A DNA stretch of 64,000 nt, from assembly GCA_030704615.1 (NCBI GenBank), contig CM060734.1, positions 26,722,001 through 26,786,000 on the forward strand, written 5' to 3'. Every line of letters begins with the position of its first letter. Position 1 is the stretch's first letter. The notes beneath the pieces were generated by a model that searched no databases, was not told the DNA's origin, and saw nothing but the letters and a program-made list of their open reading frames with translations. Shown here piece after piece: positions 48,455-61,872 of the stretch. The position numbers and the translations under genes were made by a program. The stretch is from Takakia lepidozioides. Its lineage: Eukaryota > Plantae > Bryophyta.

Positions 48455-50041
48455 GTGCCACTAGTTGCTGATGAGAGTGCCGGTACGAGCACCAGCGATA
48501 CTAGTGGGTATACAAGACGAGGTGAGCGGTTTAGGCCACCTTCACCTTCAGTGTCTTCTGAGGAAAGTTCAGACTCAGAGTTAGGAGGATTCTCGCCGAG
48601 GGTGCAAGCCATTTCCGTGCCATTGTTGTGGGATACGATGGAGGAAATGTATGGAGCTACTAAGGGGCCACGTCGGTACTCTGGAGCTGTGGGCACCATC
48701 GAGCTTGATGATTTCATACAGGAGTTTGATAGTTGGTGTGATTTGCAGCAGATGCGCAATCCACAACTGTTTACGCCTTTTATGGCGTGGAAGGGGCTGT
48801 TTCAGCACCTTGAGGGGCCGCCTATGGATGACTACCATGAGTTTAGGCGGGGAAATGACGTGGAGATTGAGGAGTGGCGACAATATTGGTCACCTGACTA
48901 TATCTCCATCACTAGAGGCACAAGGGCAGCGGCGACACCAGCAGCTACACCAACATCCCCAACTGCAAGCACTAGTAGTGGGACAAGTAAAGATGGAGCT
49001 GGGAAATCCACTCAAGCTCCTGCTGCAGCACCAGCACCCGTGCCTGCCTTTAACCCAGTTGTGGAGTTCTTCGAGGAGTTAAGGAGAAACTACCAGGGAA
49101 TAAGGACAGAGAAGTTGCGGAGCTTGCAAGAGTTCCAGCGGAGGCCTACTGAGAGTTTGAGGGAGGCTTACACGCGTATGAGGCGATTGATAAATGTGAC
49201 CCAAGGGGTTACGGAAGCTCAAGCAGTTCAATTCTGGTATGGGATATTGGACAAGGAGCTGAGGAGAAGGGTGCGGGATGCAACTCTCCTACAAGTGGAC
49301 CAACCCACCTTAACAAACGTGTTTTTGCTGGCAGAGCGGATAGAGCTCAATATGGTGGAGGAGCGAGTGGTCATGGTGGGATTTGGTAAGGAGACACAAC
49401 GAAGTGGGGCTCCTAGCCAACAACAACTACTACCCCAACGTGCTCAAGGCAACAAGGGGGCTCAGGCGAAGCTCAGGGAAGGACAGAGAGGATCTCAATT
49501 GCAGAGGTCATTTCCTTCATTCTCAAGCCAACAACAGTCGGGTGTGACATGTTGGGATTGTGGAAGACCCCATGTTAAGAGAGATTGCCCGGAGAGAGAC
49601 AAAGGGCCGGCACAGGCACAACCTACACAACTACAATGTGGGCATTGTGGCAAGTATGGGCATGAGGAGGCCCATTGTTATGACTTGCATCCTGAGCTAC
49701 GGCCAGGCCAGTTCCAACAGAACAATGGTGGCCGAGGACGAGGCAATGTAGTCCAGAGAGGTAGAGGAGGCAGAGGTCGCGGTGGAGGTCGTAACCAAAA
49801 CCAATGAGCACAAGGTCAAGGTCAAGGTCATAACCAAGGCATGGTGGATAGGCTTGCCCAACTAGAGCAACGTCTTGCTACCATGGCCACTACCCATGTT
49901 GCGCCAGCTCCAAGGCCTGAGGTTCAAGCCCCACCTGCACAACCTCATGTGCCTAGGGAAGACCAGATTGGTATGGGCTTCATGTGTGGAGCCACACTTG
50001 CAGGACCATTGCATGTGGACTCTGCAGCTGCTGTCACTTGA
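48455..50041 (+). pseudogene. gag: gag of copy B
   Basis: 450-aa ORF: YSGAVG..LDDFIQEF, FQRRPTESLREAYTRM, knuckles CWDCGRPHVKRDC and CGHCGKYGHEEAHC, RGG-rich tail. Confidence 0.9.
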
Positions 50042-50559
50042 GCAGCAACGAGTGCTCCTGAGCCAAGAGGTTTAGATGTGGATTTTGATCCACAAAGAGG
50101 GGAAGCAAGTCGACAGACAAGGCTTCCACAGTCTTTCACATTGGATGAGACAGTATCAACTACGCCATCGATGGTACCCGCTCGCCCAAGTGTGTCAGAG
50201 GTAGAGCCACGAGTGCCAGTGAGGAGAGTTAGTGTGGCTCAGGAAATGCCAGTGGGTGGTGCTGCAAAGCAAGGTGCGGCCAGTACATTGTTGGGGGCGG
50301 CTACGGCGGTTTGCCAAGCTCCATTGTTTTCTGCAATGACAATTGCAATGCCGGGGATTCGGTCAGCTGCTGTGTTTAGATTAGTAGCTAGACTTTGTGA
50401 GAGTGGTGATGGTTCGGCACTATCTGCGGGGATAGCGGATAATGTGCAATGCATGGGTGCCCTGGACTCAAGGGTGAAGACAGCCACAGCTGCACCATGG
50501 CAAGCGGCAGCTGCAAGGTTACAGGAGTTGTCAGCTAGACCAGCCATTGAGCGTAGTAT

Positions 50560-50971
50560 GGTGACTCCTGGAGTAGTCCTGGTGGACAATCAGGATGGTG
50601 TGTTTCAGTTGGGTGGCCCAGCCGGGAGGAGGTATAGGCCACTACGGGTCTTGTTGGACTCGGGAGCACAGCCATTGATGTTGGGGAGAGTAGCAACTAC
50701 AGGCTTGGGCCTTACAGAGGCGGATTTGGAGCCTTGCCCTTTCCAAATTCAAACATCTTTGGGTGGTTCAGAGAAGGCACGAGGGATTACACGCCATGAG
50801 CTCTTCATTCGATTGCAGCCGGATCATCCTACGGACGGCTCAGTCATGAGAGCTAAAGCGATTGTTACGGACGTGATGTCTTATGATATGCTTGTTGGTG
50901 GGGCGGTGTTATACCCCATGGGATTCACTCTGGACTTTTGGGAGGAAACGACATCGTACAGGCTGGAATGA
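50560..50971 (+). pseudogene. Retropepsin aspartic protease
   Basis: RVLLDSGAQ active-site motif, YDMLVGGAVL. Confidence 0.85.
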
Positions 50972-51367
50972 CAGTCAGGAGATGGTCGACGTGCACTGCT
51001 CTCAGTGCGGTTTATTGGGAATGTAGCGGTGGATCATAGGAACATGATGCCCACACTGGCTGCATTTTTAGGGGTGGTGGCTTGGGGTGGTGAGCTCTTG
51101 GAGGGCAATAGCCATGCAGATGATAGGCCATCACCTGATGAGGACAAACAATTGGCATACAAGGCTGATTTGCTTCCTCATGTGCCTGTGCATATTCCAC
51201 TGTGGGGTACGGTTGGGAATTTGCATCGAGTAGCAGACGAGTGTGTACATCAAGCATGGCAGGAGGCCTTTCCATTGGTCAGTGAGGGGAGTTCAGTGAC
51301 ATCACCTGGACCTCCTGAGTTAGCTCCTTTGGACACAGTGCCCATTACTTGGCAACCACCCGACTCA

Positions 51368-52112
51368 GGGATTTGTTTGCTATACTTGTTTGGAGGCATA
51401 AGCACTGGGCTTGCAGGAGTGTTGCAAGCAGGGATTAAAGTACGCAAGTACTTGTATGTGAAGAAGGATGAGATTGCTCGACGTATTTCCATGCGCCACA
51501 TTACCTTGCTCACACATCAGTATCCTGAGTTGTTGCCTCTCTCAGCAATTCAAGGGTACCAAAAGGCCTTGCCAGCAGACATTACCTTGCTGGGGGCGGA
51601 TGATTTGGGCCGGTATGGTGCAATTGACTTGGTGATAGCGGGATGGCCTTGCCAAGGACACTCTCCCGCAGGTCATGGGAATGGCTTATATGATGCACGA
51701 TTGCATTTGTTTTGGGAGATGTTGCGAGTGTTGCGGGACTTGCAGACGAGGCAAGTGCAACCTCTAGGCTATATCTTGGGGAATGTTCCTCTTATGGGGG
51801 ATTCTCGGGCCAGGGTTATGGCCAGTGTGCATCAAGTGCGGTCTTGGATTGGATTGGCGGTGCTATTGGATGCAGCAGTGGTGGGATCCCGCGCGCATCG
51901 ACCTCGATTGTGGTGGACCAATCTTGCCCCACCAGAGCTGCTCAAGAGAGCATATGATTCCATTCAACGGCCACCTAATCTCAAGGTTGAGGGCATTTTG
52001 GACCAAGGGGGACAACCACAGAGGGTGCGACATGATGACCGTTCACCTCTAGCAGTGGTCAATCGAGTGGGGCAGCCACGTGCGGCCTTGCCTACGCTCA
52101 TGAGCTTTCCAT
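51368..52112 (+). pseudogene. DNMT3-like C5 cytosine methyltransferase domain inside pol, copy B (motifs I-VIII; IX-X not seen)
   Basis: GICLLYLFGGISTG, PADIT, IDLVIAGWPCQGHSPAG, YILGNV, LDAAVVGSRAHRPRLWWTNL. Confidence 0.93.
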
Positions 52113-52335
52113 GGACTGAGGATCAGTTGGAGGCCAAAGTGGCCAAGATTTTTGAAGAGGTTGAGAATGTTTCTTGCTCAGAGGATGTTCTTAAGGTGGC
52201 TATGGCGGAGCAAGTGGAGGCTACGCCACAGTCAGATTGGGCGGACAAGGCCCAAGAGGTTGCTATCTAGCAACCAAAGGATTCGTCTCCTACCTCCAAG
52301 CCTAGTGTACCCAAGGTTGCAGTCACTGAGGACAA

Positions 52336-53494
52336 TTGGGAACCAATGTTGGACCTACAGTCACCGGAGGAGAGAGATGGATGATCCAGCGATTTCTAAG
52401 GGCTTATAGAAATTGCTTTGCCTTCGGTTTGAAGGATTTGGGGAGTTTAAAGGGTCAGGAGATTCGTATTGATTTGGCAAGTGACACGCCAATTTTTCGA
52501 AGGCCCTACCGGTATAATGACATGGAGAGGTCATTGATCCAGTCACGGACTACGGAGTTGTTCGAAGCTGGATTGGTGGAGTTGTCAGGCGGGAAGTATG
52601 CCTCGGCAACGGTGATGCCAGCTAAGAAGGATATCTATGGCAATTGGACAGAAAGAAGGATGTGTGGGGACTATCGTCCTGTGAACCGTCAGACTAAGTC
52701 CGATAGATATGCCATGCCAACTCCAGAGGATATCTTTGATGCCATTGGGCATGCAAAGGTGTTTAGCGCATTGAACTTGCGATCCGGTTACCACCAGTTG
52801 CCAATCAAAGAGGCTGACAAGCAAAAGACGGCATTCTGGGGGATTGACCAACATGAGAAGGATTGTTTGTACCAATGGCATTTGGGTTGAAAAATGCTTC
52901 TGCAGAGTTCCAAAGGGTCATGGATAGGATTCTCGCGGGGCTAGACTTCGCCCGGTGCTACATTGATGACATCATCGTCTTTAGTGCTACGGTTGAGGAG
53001 CATAAGAGACACCTTCAGGTGGTGTTTGAACGCTTGAGAGCGCATGGGTTGAAACTGCACCCCGGAAAGTGCAAGTTCTTCCACAATCAGATTGAGTATC
53101 TGGGCCACATGATATACCCTGGAGGATTGGGTGTTCAACAGACAAAGGTGGAGGCCATTGCATGCATTCCACGCCCCATGGATGTGAGCAGAGTTCGTGC
53201 TTTCATGGGATTGGCAAACTACTATCAACGGTTTGTCAAGGGATTTAGCAGCATTGCAAAGGCTCTTACCAAGTTGACCAAGGTGGGTCAGGAGTGGCAG
53301 TGGGAGGAGGAGCAGGAGGAAGCCTTTGAGGAATTCAAGGCTCGATTGACTTCTGCACCTATTCTGAGGCGGCCTATTCGGGGACGGCCTTTCCAGCTAC
53401 ATACGGATTGGAGTATGCTGGGGATTGGAGCAGTGCTCACACAAGTGGATGATGAGGGAAGAGAGTTCGTAGTGGCATATACTAGCAGCTCGAA
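52336..53494 (+). pseudogene. pol: Ty3/gypsy reverse transcriptase and N-terminal RNase H
   Basis: RRMCGDYRPVN, LRSGYHQL, KTAFWG, FGLKNASAEFQR, YIDDII, YLGH, LHTDWS, VVAY. Confidence 0.95.
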
Positions 53495-53779
53495 CCCTAG
53501 TTGCAAATTTGGACGTGACGTGGCGTTGACGCGTCAGCGTCACGTCCGACGTCAGCGACGAACGTGCGTCACGTCACGTCCTAAACCGACGTTACTGTAC
53601 ATAAATATGTTTATTTTTTTACTTTACTATTGACTATTTACTATGAAAACCGACGTGGCAACCGACGTGGCCTCATTACCTTCATTAATTATCTGTAAAA
53701 TTCATATATTATGATTTATATTGTCAATCATGCAACCGTCAGCAAAGGTTGATCGGACAAATTTTTATTTTTTTTAAAT

Positions 53780-54301
53780 AGGTGTGACCACCAGAAGGGG
53801 GTGGTTGCACATTTTTTCTTTTTAAATGGGTGCGACCACCAGCAGGTGGTGGTCACAGCATTTTCATTTTTTTTTAATAGGTGCGACCACAAGCAAAGGG
53901 TGGTCGCACATTTTTATTTTTTTTAATAAATTGGGTGCGACCACCAACAGGTATTGGTTGCAATTTTTTCTTTCTTTTTAAATAGGTGCGACCACCAACA
54001 GGTGGTGGTCGCAACTTTTTCATTTTTTTTAAATAGGTGCGACCACCAGCAGAGGATGGTCGCACATTTTTAATTATTTTTTAAATGGGTACGACCACCA
54101 GCAGGGGATGGTCGCACATTTTTAATTATTTTTTAAATGGGTGCGACCATCAGTAGGGGATGATCGTACATTTTTAATTATTTTTTAAATGGGTGCGACC
54201 ACCGGCCGGTGGTGGTCGCAGACTTTTTCTTTTTTGTTATTAGGTGCGACCGCTCCCTAGACACGTGACAAGGCATGAATGGGCAGCAGAGGTGGTCGCA
54301 C
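53780..54301. repeat. Array of about 10 palindromic units (GTGCGACCACC-AGCAG-GGTGGTCGCAC), ~51-bp period, T-rich linkers
   Basis: Seen directly. Confidence 0.9.
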
Positions 54302-54389
54302 GTCAGACCTCTCCAGGCTCCTCATTCCCAACCCATTTTTTTCCCTCTCTGTGAGTGCGGTTCTGGGGCTTCTTGGAGTTTGAACTTCG

Positions 54390-56111
54390 GTGGCCAAGAC
54401 TGAACGTTGGGAGGGGGGGGGAAAGTGGATTTGTGTGGGGGAGGAGTTTTTGCTTTTTTTTCCTGGGACTACGGGAGAGTTTGCTTTGGGTACTATACCA
54501 ATAGAGGGTGAGGAAATTGGTCTGCTAGTATATAAGGTTATCAATAGTTTGGGTTTAGTTTTCTGTTACGAAGCCGCGTCTATTCCGCAGAGTACTTTCA
54601 TCATATCCGGAAATGTTGCTTCGAACGCAGTGTCAGGGGGTTCCTCGGGAAGTGGGCGTAAAGGTAGGAAGCGTAAACATGCACATGAACGGAATAGTCA
54701 GGTCAACAAAAAAAACTATCCAAACGCAGAGGCCGCGAAGGTGGTGAAACAAGTAGTGCTGGATTATTTGAAGGACAATGACATAATGCGTTTGAATCTT
54801 TCGTATGTCCGACATGGGAATGAGGGGTTCCTTAGATTCCAGCACAATATGGAGATGAGAATGAGGGAGGCTTTGGCCGGGGATGAATGGGAGGAGGATA
54901 GGGCGAAGTTCCAGTTCACGAAATGGATGGAGGACCGGGCCCATGATGCCACATGGAATCTGAGGCAAACCATGGACAAGTTTGTTACGAGAACACCTGT
55001 AGCTGAAGGTCGCATGCCAACTACGGAGGAGGAGTTGTTTGTGCTTGTGGATTGGTGGTCTGACATAGCAAAGGCCCACGCCAAACGACGTACAAAACCA
55101 CTCCCATGGAAGGCAAGGTCCTCGTCCGCGGATGCGGCATTGAACGTGAGATACATATCCACAAACGCACAGGTACAACAACTCGACGCGCCCAAACATG
55201 GAGGGTATGGTACAATTCGGAGGGTTAGAATTGTTGGGGATCAATTCATTCCTCCATCTTGGGAGCTAGCAGGGAAAACGCCTAGGGAAACAAATGTTGA
55301 GCTTGCCAAAGTCCAACATAACAATGAGGCGTTGGTTGTAAAGTTCCATCATTTCGGCATCATAAAGTATTTTGGGTTGCATCCACGTCGAAATGAAGGT
55401 TACACACATTGGTAGAATGGGGGACCATACGATCATGGTTGAGTATTGACAGGAATTGGGAGAATGATCGAGATAACAGGGAGTTAATGGAACGACGGGA
55501 GACGGAGCAGGAAATGCATGAGGTCAACCGACTGGTTCGATTCCAACAGAATCGCACCCAATTGGCATGGGCGCTTTTGCACATCATGCTCAACGTCCAT
55601 AATCATCACCTCTTGGCACAACGACATGTCCCCCGACAACATCTTGTTGCATTTTCCACAAGGGTCTGAAGATGTGTACATCGGGGTATGCGATTGGGGG
55701 ATGGCCTCCACGACGGATGACCCAAAAACCACGTTGTACATTTTCGAGAGCAGAGACAAGATGATAAAGACTTTTGCACATAGATGGTGGATTGCACCTG
55801 AAATTGCAATTGTTCATAATGTAGCCAACAACCAGTCAGATGGCACACCTCGTAGGCCCCCTCTAACCGTGCCATCAGAGACCTTTGCAATTGGAAAGAT
55901 AGCCCATGCAATAAATGGGGGTAACACGTTCGATGCAAGTCTGTTCAACGAGATGTCTACTGGAACCTGTTTTGTTTCCGCTCTGGAAAACTTGTGTGTA
56001 AACACAATAGAGTTGCGGTACAAACTAGAAAATGTTGTGAAGCGTTTCATGACGGGGCTATTCAATTGGCCTGAGCCCAAAAATTGCTGCAGGATGGATA
56101 GAAACTTGTAG
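54390..56111 (+). pseudogene. Protein kinase (divergent Ser/Thr type) with one stop and two frameshifts
   Basis: HGGYGTIRRV (Gly loop), LAGK, NEAL, HFGIIK, W*NGG, HNDMSPDNILL, VCDWG, WWIAPE across ORFs 54390-55415, 55409-55669, 55518-56111; true start uncertain. Confidence 0.85.
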
Positions 56112-56279
56112 ACCTCTGACTGTACATCATGTTTGAATAAATGTTGTTTTCAATTGTGTTTGTCTCGTACCATAATGTTTTAATGGTTTGTTACTTGGCC
56201 ATGGCACCTGGGTCCATCATATGGAATAATCAAGCACCACACCCACGAATCTTGAAGAGTGACAGTGTACACCGAGTCA

Positions 56280-59200
56280 ATGGGTGAACCAATCGTTCCC
56301 CTGCCAAATGATTTTAGATTGATTTGAAACTTTGGGAGTGTGTTGTACATGCTCTCTTTAAGTTACCGGACAAGTATGAGGTCAATCTAAAATGGTTCTA
56401 AGGGTGAACCAATAGTTCCCCTATTAAATGATTCATGATTGAAAATTGGTTGAAAGGTTTAACGAGTCGTTTGGGGGGCAAATGATTATTTCTTCGCTTG
56501 CAACTTTCTATATGTGATTTGTACGTACCTAAGCACATATGGACCAAAGTTGAACTTCAACAAAGTTGTTTGAATCGATTATTCAAATTCATAAGGAGAA
56601 ACAACATTTCGCCTGACATGAATTGTTTTTAATTCCATTCTGAAGCCATATGCTTGATAACAACATGAAGAGTTGCATGCAAAATATCACCATGAACAGA
56701 CATCGTCTGCATCCAAAACACATTTTATTCCCTCATTTGCACTCCAAGGTGAAGTTATATTCAACTTCATGCACTCTTCATAGAGAGTTCTGCAATAGTG
56801 AGCATACAGCGAAGGATGAACGTTTTTTTCCAAACATTTTTCTTTGGTACATTTTTTGGCAAGGATGTGGTGGTGTGAGGGTTCAACTCACAGAACAAAA
56901 TCAAGCCAAAAACAAAATCATTGCGCCCCACACTCATTGCGCCCTACAATCCTATGCCGTCTAAATCATTTTATTTAGTAAAAATGCAGTTCAATTCAAA
57001 ATTGGATGAAAGGGTGAACGGAAACTGCCCCGATGAAATGATATTTTATTGCTCCGAAACTTTGCAAGTGTTTTCTACATGCCCTCTTACACGTCTTTGA
57101 GAAGTATGACATCAATCTAAAATGGTTTAAAGGGTGAACCAATCGTCCCCCTACCAAATGATTTTAAATTGATTTGAAACTTTGCAAGTGTCTTGTACAT
57201 GCCCTCTTACAGGTCTTTTACAAGTTTCAAATCAATCTAAAATGATTAAAAGGGTGAATCAATCATGAACATATCAAATGATTTTGGAGTGCTTTAAAGC
57301 TTTGCCAGTGTCTTTCACATGCCATTTTAAAGGTACCGGACAAGTATGAGGTTAGTAAAATATGGTTGAAAGGGTGAACCAATTGTTCCCCTATCAAATG
57401 ATTTTACACTGCTTTGAAGATTTGCAAGTGTCAGCCACATGCCCTCCTACAAGTACCGGACAAGTATGACGTGAATAAAAAATGGTTGAAAGGGTGAACC
57501 AATCATTCCGCTATTAAATGATTTTATATTGCTTTGGATGTCATTGCTTTGGTAATTCTAGGCCCCCAATGGCCCATTGTAACCCTTGAATTACAATTCA
57601 AAATGCAATTCAAGCCCTTAAAATTGGTACTACCAGTCCCTAAAATGACCAACCCTGGCCGCCCCTCAAATTGTAATTTGAGCCCTTGAAATTGTCAATT
57701 CCAACCCCTCAAATTGCACTTCTAGCCCCTGAAATGACAATTCCCGCCCCTCAAATTGCAATTGTAGCCTGTGAAATGGCAATTGCTAGTGCAGCCCCTT
57801 AAATTGGCAATTGAAGCCCCCTGGAATGGCAGTTTTAGCCCCTCAAATTGGCAATTCGAGCCCCATAAATGGCAATTTCAGCCCCTGAAATTGGCTATGG
57901 GTGAACCAATCATTCCCCTGCCAAATGATTTTGGATTCATTTGAAACTTTGTGAGTGTCTTGTACATGCCCTCTTAAAGTTACTGGACAAGTATGATGTC
58001 AATGTTAAATGGTTCAAAGGGTGAACCAACAGTTCCCCTGTTGGATGATTCTGATTAATCGTTAACGATTGATCTCATATTACATTGGGCCCTATCAGAG
58101 GGTACATTGAACACACTGGCCAAGTCTCAAAGCGAACGAAAATCATTTGAATGGGCAGCCATCCGTCGGCCCATTGAACAAATTTCGGTTAATCTCATAT
58201 AACTCTAGAGCCTCTTCCATGGCACATTGAACATAGTAGCCAAGTCTCAAATCGAACCAAAATCATCTCGATGGCCAACCATCCGTTGAGCCATCGAATG
58301 AATTTCGATTGATCTGATATTAGTCTGGGACTTGTGAGAGGGTGTCTCGAACGTACTGGCAAAGTTTGGAAGCAAACAAAAATGATTTGGATGGGCAACC
58401 ATCCGTTCACCCATTGAATGTATTCCGCTGGATCTGCTATTGCTTTGGGACCTGTTGGACTGTGTTTCGCGTGCTCACGATTTTTTTTTCATTCGGTTTT
58501 TGAATGGGGCGTGTAATGTAGCCATGTGCAACGTGCATGCCAAATTCGGGAGTGAACATAATTCATTTGGACCCAAAACCACAGTTTCTTCCTTGTTTTG
58601 CACTCCAAACTTGATTTGTGGTCAACTTCATGCACTCTTCATAGAGAATTCTGCAATAGTGAGCAAAAAGAACACTTTTTTTTTGGGGCATTTTTGATTG
58701 GTCCAAATTTTGGCGGGGGAGTAGTGGTGGGATGCTGGAAGCCGCAGAACAAAATTGAACCAAAAACAAAATCGATACATGCCAGAAACCCCCAATGAAA
58801 GGCAGTGCAAACCTATTTATTGGCTTAAAATTAATTTAAATTCAATTACATTATGGAATGGCTTGGTGTCGATGGGGAGGCAAATGATTTATTCGTCTGT
58901 TGTGTCTCCGCACATATGTTGCACACATGTTCAAGCACATGCGGGCAAAAGAGGGGCTTCAACCACATCCGTTCAATGGGTGCAATAGCCGTGCACGCAT
59001 TGCAGGATTTCTTTTTCGCAATGAGCAAAAACCAAATGACAACTGAACGCCTCATTGGCCCATCGAACAAATTTTGATTGATCTCATATTACACTGGGAC
59101 CTATCAGAGGGTACATTGAACATACTGGCCAAGTCTCAAAGCGAACGAAAATCATTTGGATGGGCAACCATCCGTTGGCCCATTGAACGAATTTCGATTG

Positions 59201-59710
59201 ATCTCATATTACTATGGGGCCTCTTCCACAGTACATTGAAGATACTGGCCAAGTCTCAAAGCGAACCAAAATCATTTGTAGGCAAATGATTTATGCGTCT
59301 GTTCATTTATTTGTGATTAATCGTTAATGGTGAAAAGGATAAACCAAAGGTTCATTGATAAAAAAAAAATTGAATGATTTGAAATTTTGCCAGTATGTTC
59401 TACATGCATCTTACATGGACCGGAGAGGTATGAGATCAATAAAAAATGGTTCACAGGAGGAACCAATGGTTACTTGATGTGCCAATTTCTGAATGCTTTC
59501 AAACTTTGTCATTGCATTGTACATGCCCTCTTAAAGGTACCGGACAAATATGAGTTCGATTTAAAATATTGCAATGGATGAACCAATGGTATCTTCATTC
59601 AGCAATTTTTGATTGTTTTGAAACTTTGCCAGTATATTGTACATGTCGTCAAACAGGTACCGAACAAGTATGAGGTCATTCAAAAATGGTTTAAAGGATG
59701 AACCTCGTAT
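56280..59710. repeat. Compound satellite: ~120-bp units in both orientations plus ~22-bp units (57560-57900)
   Basis: gggtgaaccaat..aaatgatttt..aactttgcaagtg..acatgccctctta..acaagtatga at ~57131, 57251, 57371, 57491 etc.; related inverted units at 58060-58450 and 59050-59290. Confidence 0.85.
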
Positions 59711-59792
59711 TTTCAAAAATTACGTAGACTATACAGTGGGTTGCACATTTAAGTTTTCGCAACCTGAGACCTTTGGCCTACTCCCTACGTTT

Positions 59793-61872
59793 TTAGCCTT
59801 TGTTGTCATCATCTCCAGATGTTGATGAAGATGCTCCGGGTATAGAGGACGTGTCTCCACCAGTACGGAGAGCTCGAGCCTGGGCTCGAGTGGTCAAAGA
59901 GGGACCCAGTGTTGTGTGGTCCACCCTTGCCATCATGCGTAACGTTCTAGGCGAGTGCTGACTCTCTTCCACATTTGCCAGAGCCGGGTGTGTCGCTCTT
60001 GCTACGGCGGCATGCAATTTTTCAATTAAATCCGATATGTTTGGAAGTGGCAAGAATACCCCTGGAATAGGGGCAACTTGGTCACGCCATGTGTTTTGCC
60101 AATACTTTTCCACATTCGTGATGACAGCCTTGAAATTGTCCAACACCTCCTCCTGCTGGGGATCTTTGCGCAACTCTGGAAGAAATGACCCATCATCCCG
60201 ACGAGGCACCCAGTACGTCTCATTCATATCCTCCCAACGGATGTTAGCAACCTCCAACTCCCTCAGAAATAGATCTCTCCCAATCGGTTCGCGATTGTAT
60301 GGGTCGTTTTCCGTTGGCACCCACGAATCCTCAGGCAGTCGGAAGAATCTTTGTCTGGTACAGCTCCAATGCCCTCCCAAGTTCCGGCAAAAAAACTCCA
60401 TTTGGACTAGGTCCCATATGCCTCTAGCACGCACGGTTATTTCCCAGTTGGATGTCACCTAAAAGGTCACCGGATCTTTAACCCTAGTTAACGTCTTTGC
60501 ATCCAAGGCGTGCATCTCTCTTGGAGCATCCCATGTCATTGTCTCCCCCCAGTGCTGCCAATTTAAAAAATTGTAAGGCAATACATCCAATGGCATGTTG
60601 TACCGGTTGTACTCGTATCCCGTGGGCATATTGTCTTGCAACCCAAACAACTCATAGAAACGTCGATGGATTGGTCCACGGCAGTCAGGGCATTGGCTGG
60701 CTCGCATGGCTGCCAATATGAGACATGTGGGATGGAACAAATGGCCACATGAACCAAACATATAGCCTCCCTCCGGTCCATAAGGGTTTAGGCACATTGT
60801 GCACACCGTACTATCTGTTACCCATGATGCTGGATTGCTCTGTGGTATGCACGTCCGTTTATCCTCATTAATGTAGGATGACATCCTCAGCCTGGTGTCC
60901 CACTCCTCATCTACTTCCAAATCCCAGTTTATTCTGTTATTGGTATCGGAAATTGTATGCACACAGTGCTCAAACATGACATGCACATCACCCCATGTGG
61001 TGAATCCAGTGTACTTCGACGTGAATACATCACGCACAGTGTTGTGCCTTTGCAAATTAGCATAGATGCTATCTACGCTTCGATTCGACAAACGTGCTGC
61101 ACGTTGGAGTGATGACAACGTTTTTTCTATCCGTGTTTCCCGCGATGCTAGATGGCCCGCCCATGTCACCCAATTTCACCAATTCCCCTTCAATCATGGC
61201 CACGATCGGATTTGCATGGCACTTGAGTACCGATATGCAACAGCCCTAGCTTGCTCGCGTTCCCCCACAAGCTGCTCTAATTCCTGTTTTTGGGCCGATG
61301 TAATTTGCACGGCTGAACATTCCCCAGTTTCCACTATTGGGTCCTTCCCTTTGCTTGCCCTCTCTGCCGCAAGTTTTTTTTCCTCAACCCTCGTCAGGTC
61401 CAGTTCAGATGTTTGCACTTTATTCCCATGCCCGATTGAGTCAACCCCGTCGATGACGCGGTCAATGTCCATTGGTGGCATATTTAAACGCGCCAATATG
61501 TCTTGCTCGTTGGTGATTGGCCTCGGGTCCTGAAGCACACCGCGTACGCTGTCGAGAGTCCCCAACCCCATTCTTTCCAGCAAGTCTAGTACGCTGTCTC
61601 GCAGTGGCAGTTTGTCAATCCACTGGTCGCAATAAAATCAACTATGTGTACAACATGACCGCAAATAAATACGGGACCTTGTTATTGACGAGCGGTTGAC
61701 CCCACAATGTTGTATGTACCTCCTCTTCCCAACCTGGTTCCGCAAGAATGTTGGGGTCATTGTATATGTCCCAACAAAGTTCGCGCCTGGCCCCTTTTGG
61801 TTTTTTTTTGGGAAGTCCAGGTTCAATATCGTCATCCCTGGGACGACCTCCTCTGTCTTCCTCCTCCGCCAT
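59793..61872 (-). pseudogene. RING-H2 finger protein (putative E3 ligase), disrupted
   Basis: CTMC-x14-CGHLFHPTC-x10-CPDC in ORF 60459-61169; in frame with 59793-60458 across one TAG; upstream pieces 61194-61583 and 61642-61872. Confidence 0.75.

Larger units (their letters stand above)
45458..53494 (+). mobile_element. Ty3/gypsy element carrying a cytosine methyltransferase, copy B (LTR-like region, gag-PR-DNMT-RT-RNase H), cut off within RNase H
   Basis: TGTCATGG start; ORFs 48455, 49841, 50078, 51005 all in one frame separated by single stops; RT/RH in 52336-53494. Confidence 0.92.

Noticed and set aside
51368-52112. Host DNMT3/DRM gene or bacterial restriction-modification methylase
   Set aside because: Intronless, in frame with gag and protease, followed by RT, same position in two copies, no restriction enzyme or operon context
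53780-54301. CRISPR-like array (palindromic repeat plus spacer, ~51-bp period; also 62298-62960)
   Set aside because: Spacers are similar T-rich low-complexity linkers, repeats are degenerate, no cas genes, eukaryotic context
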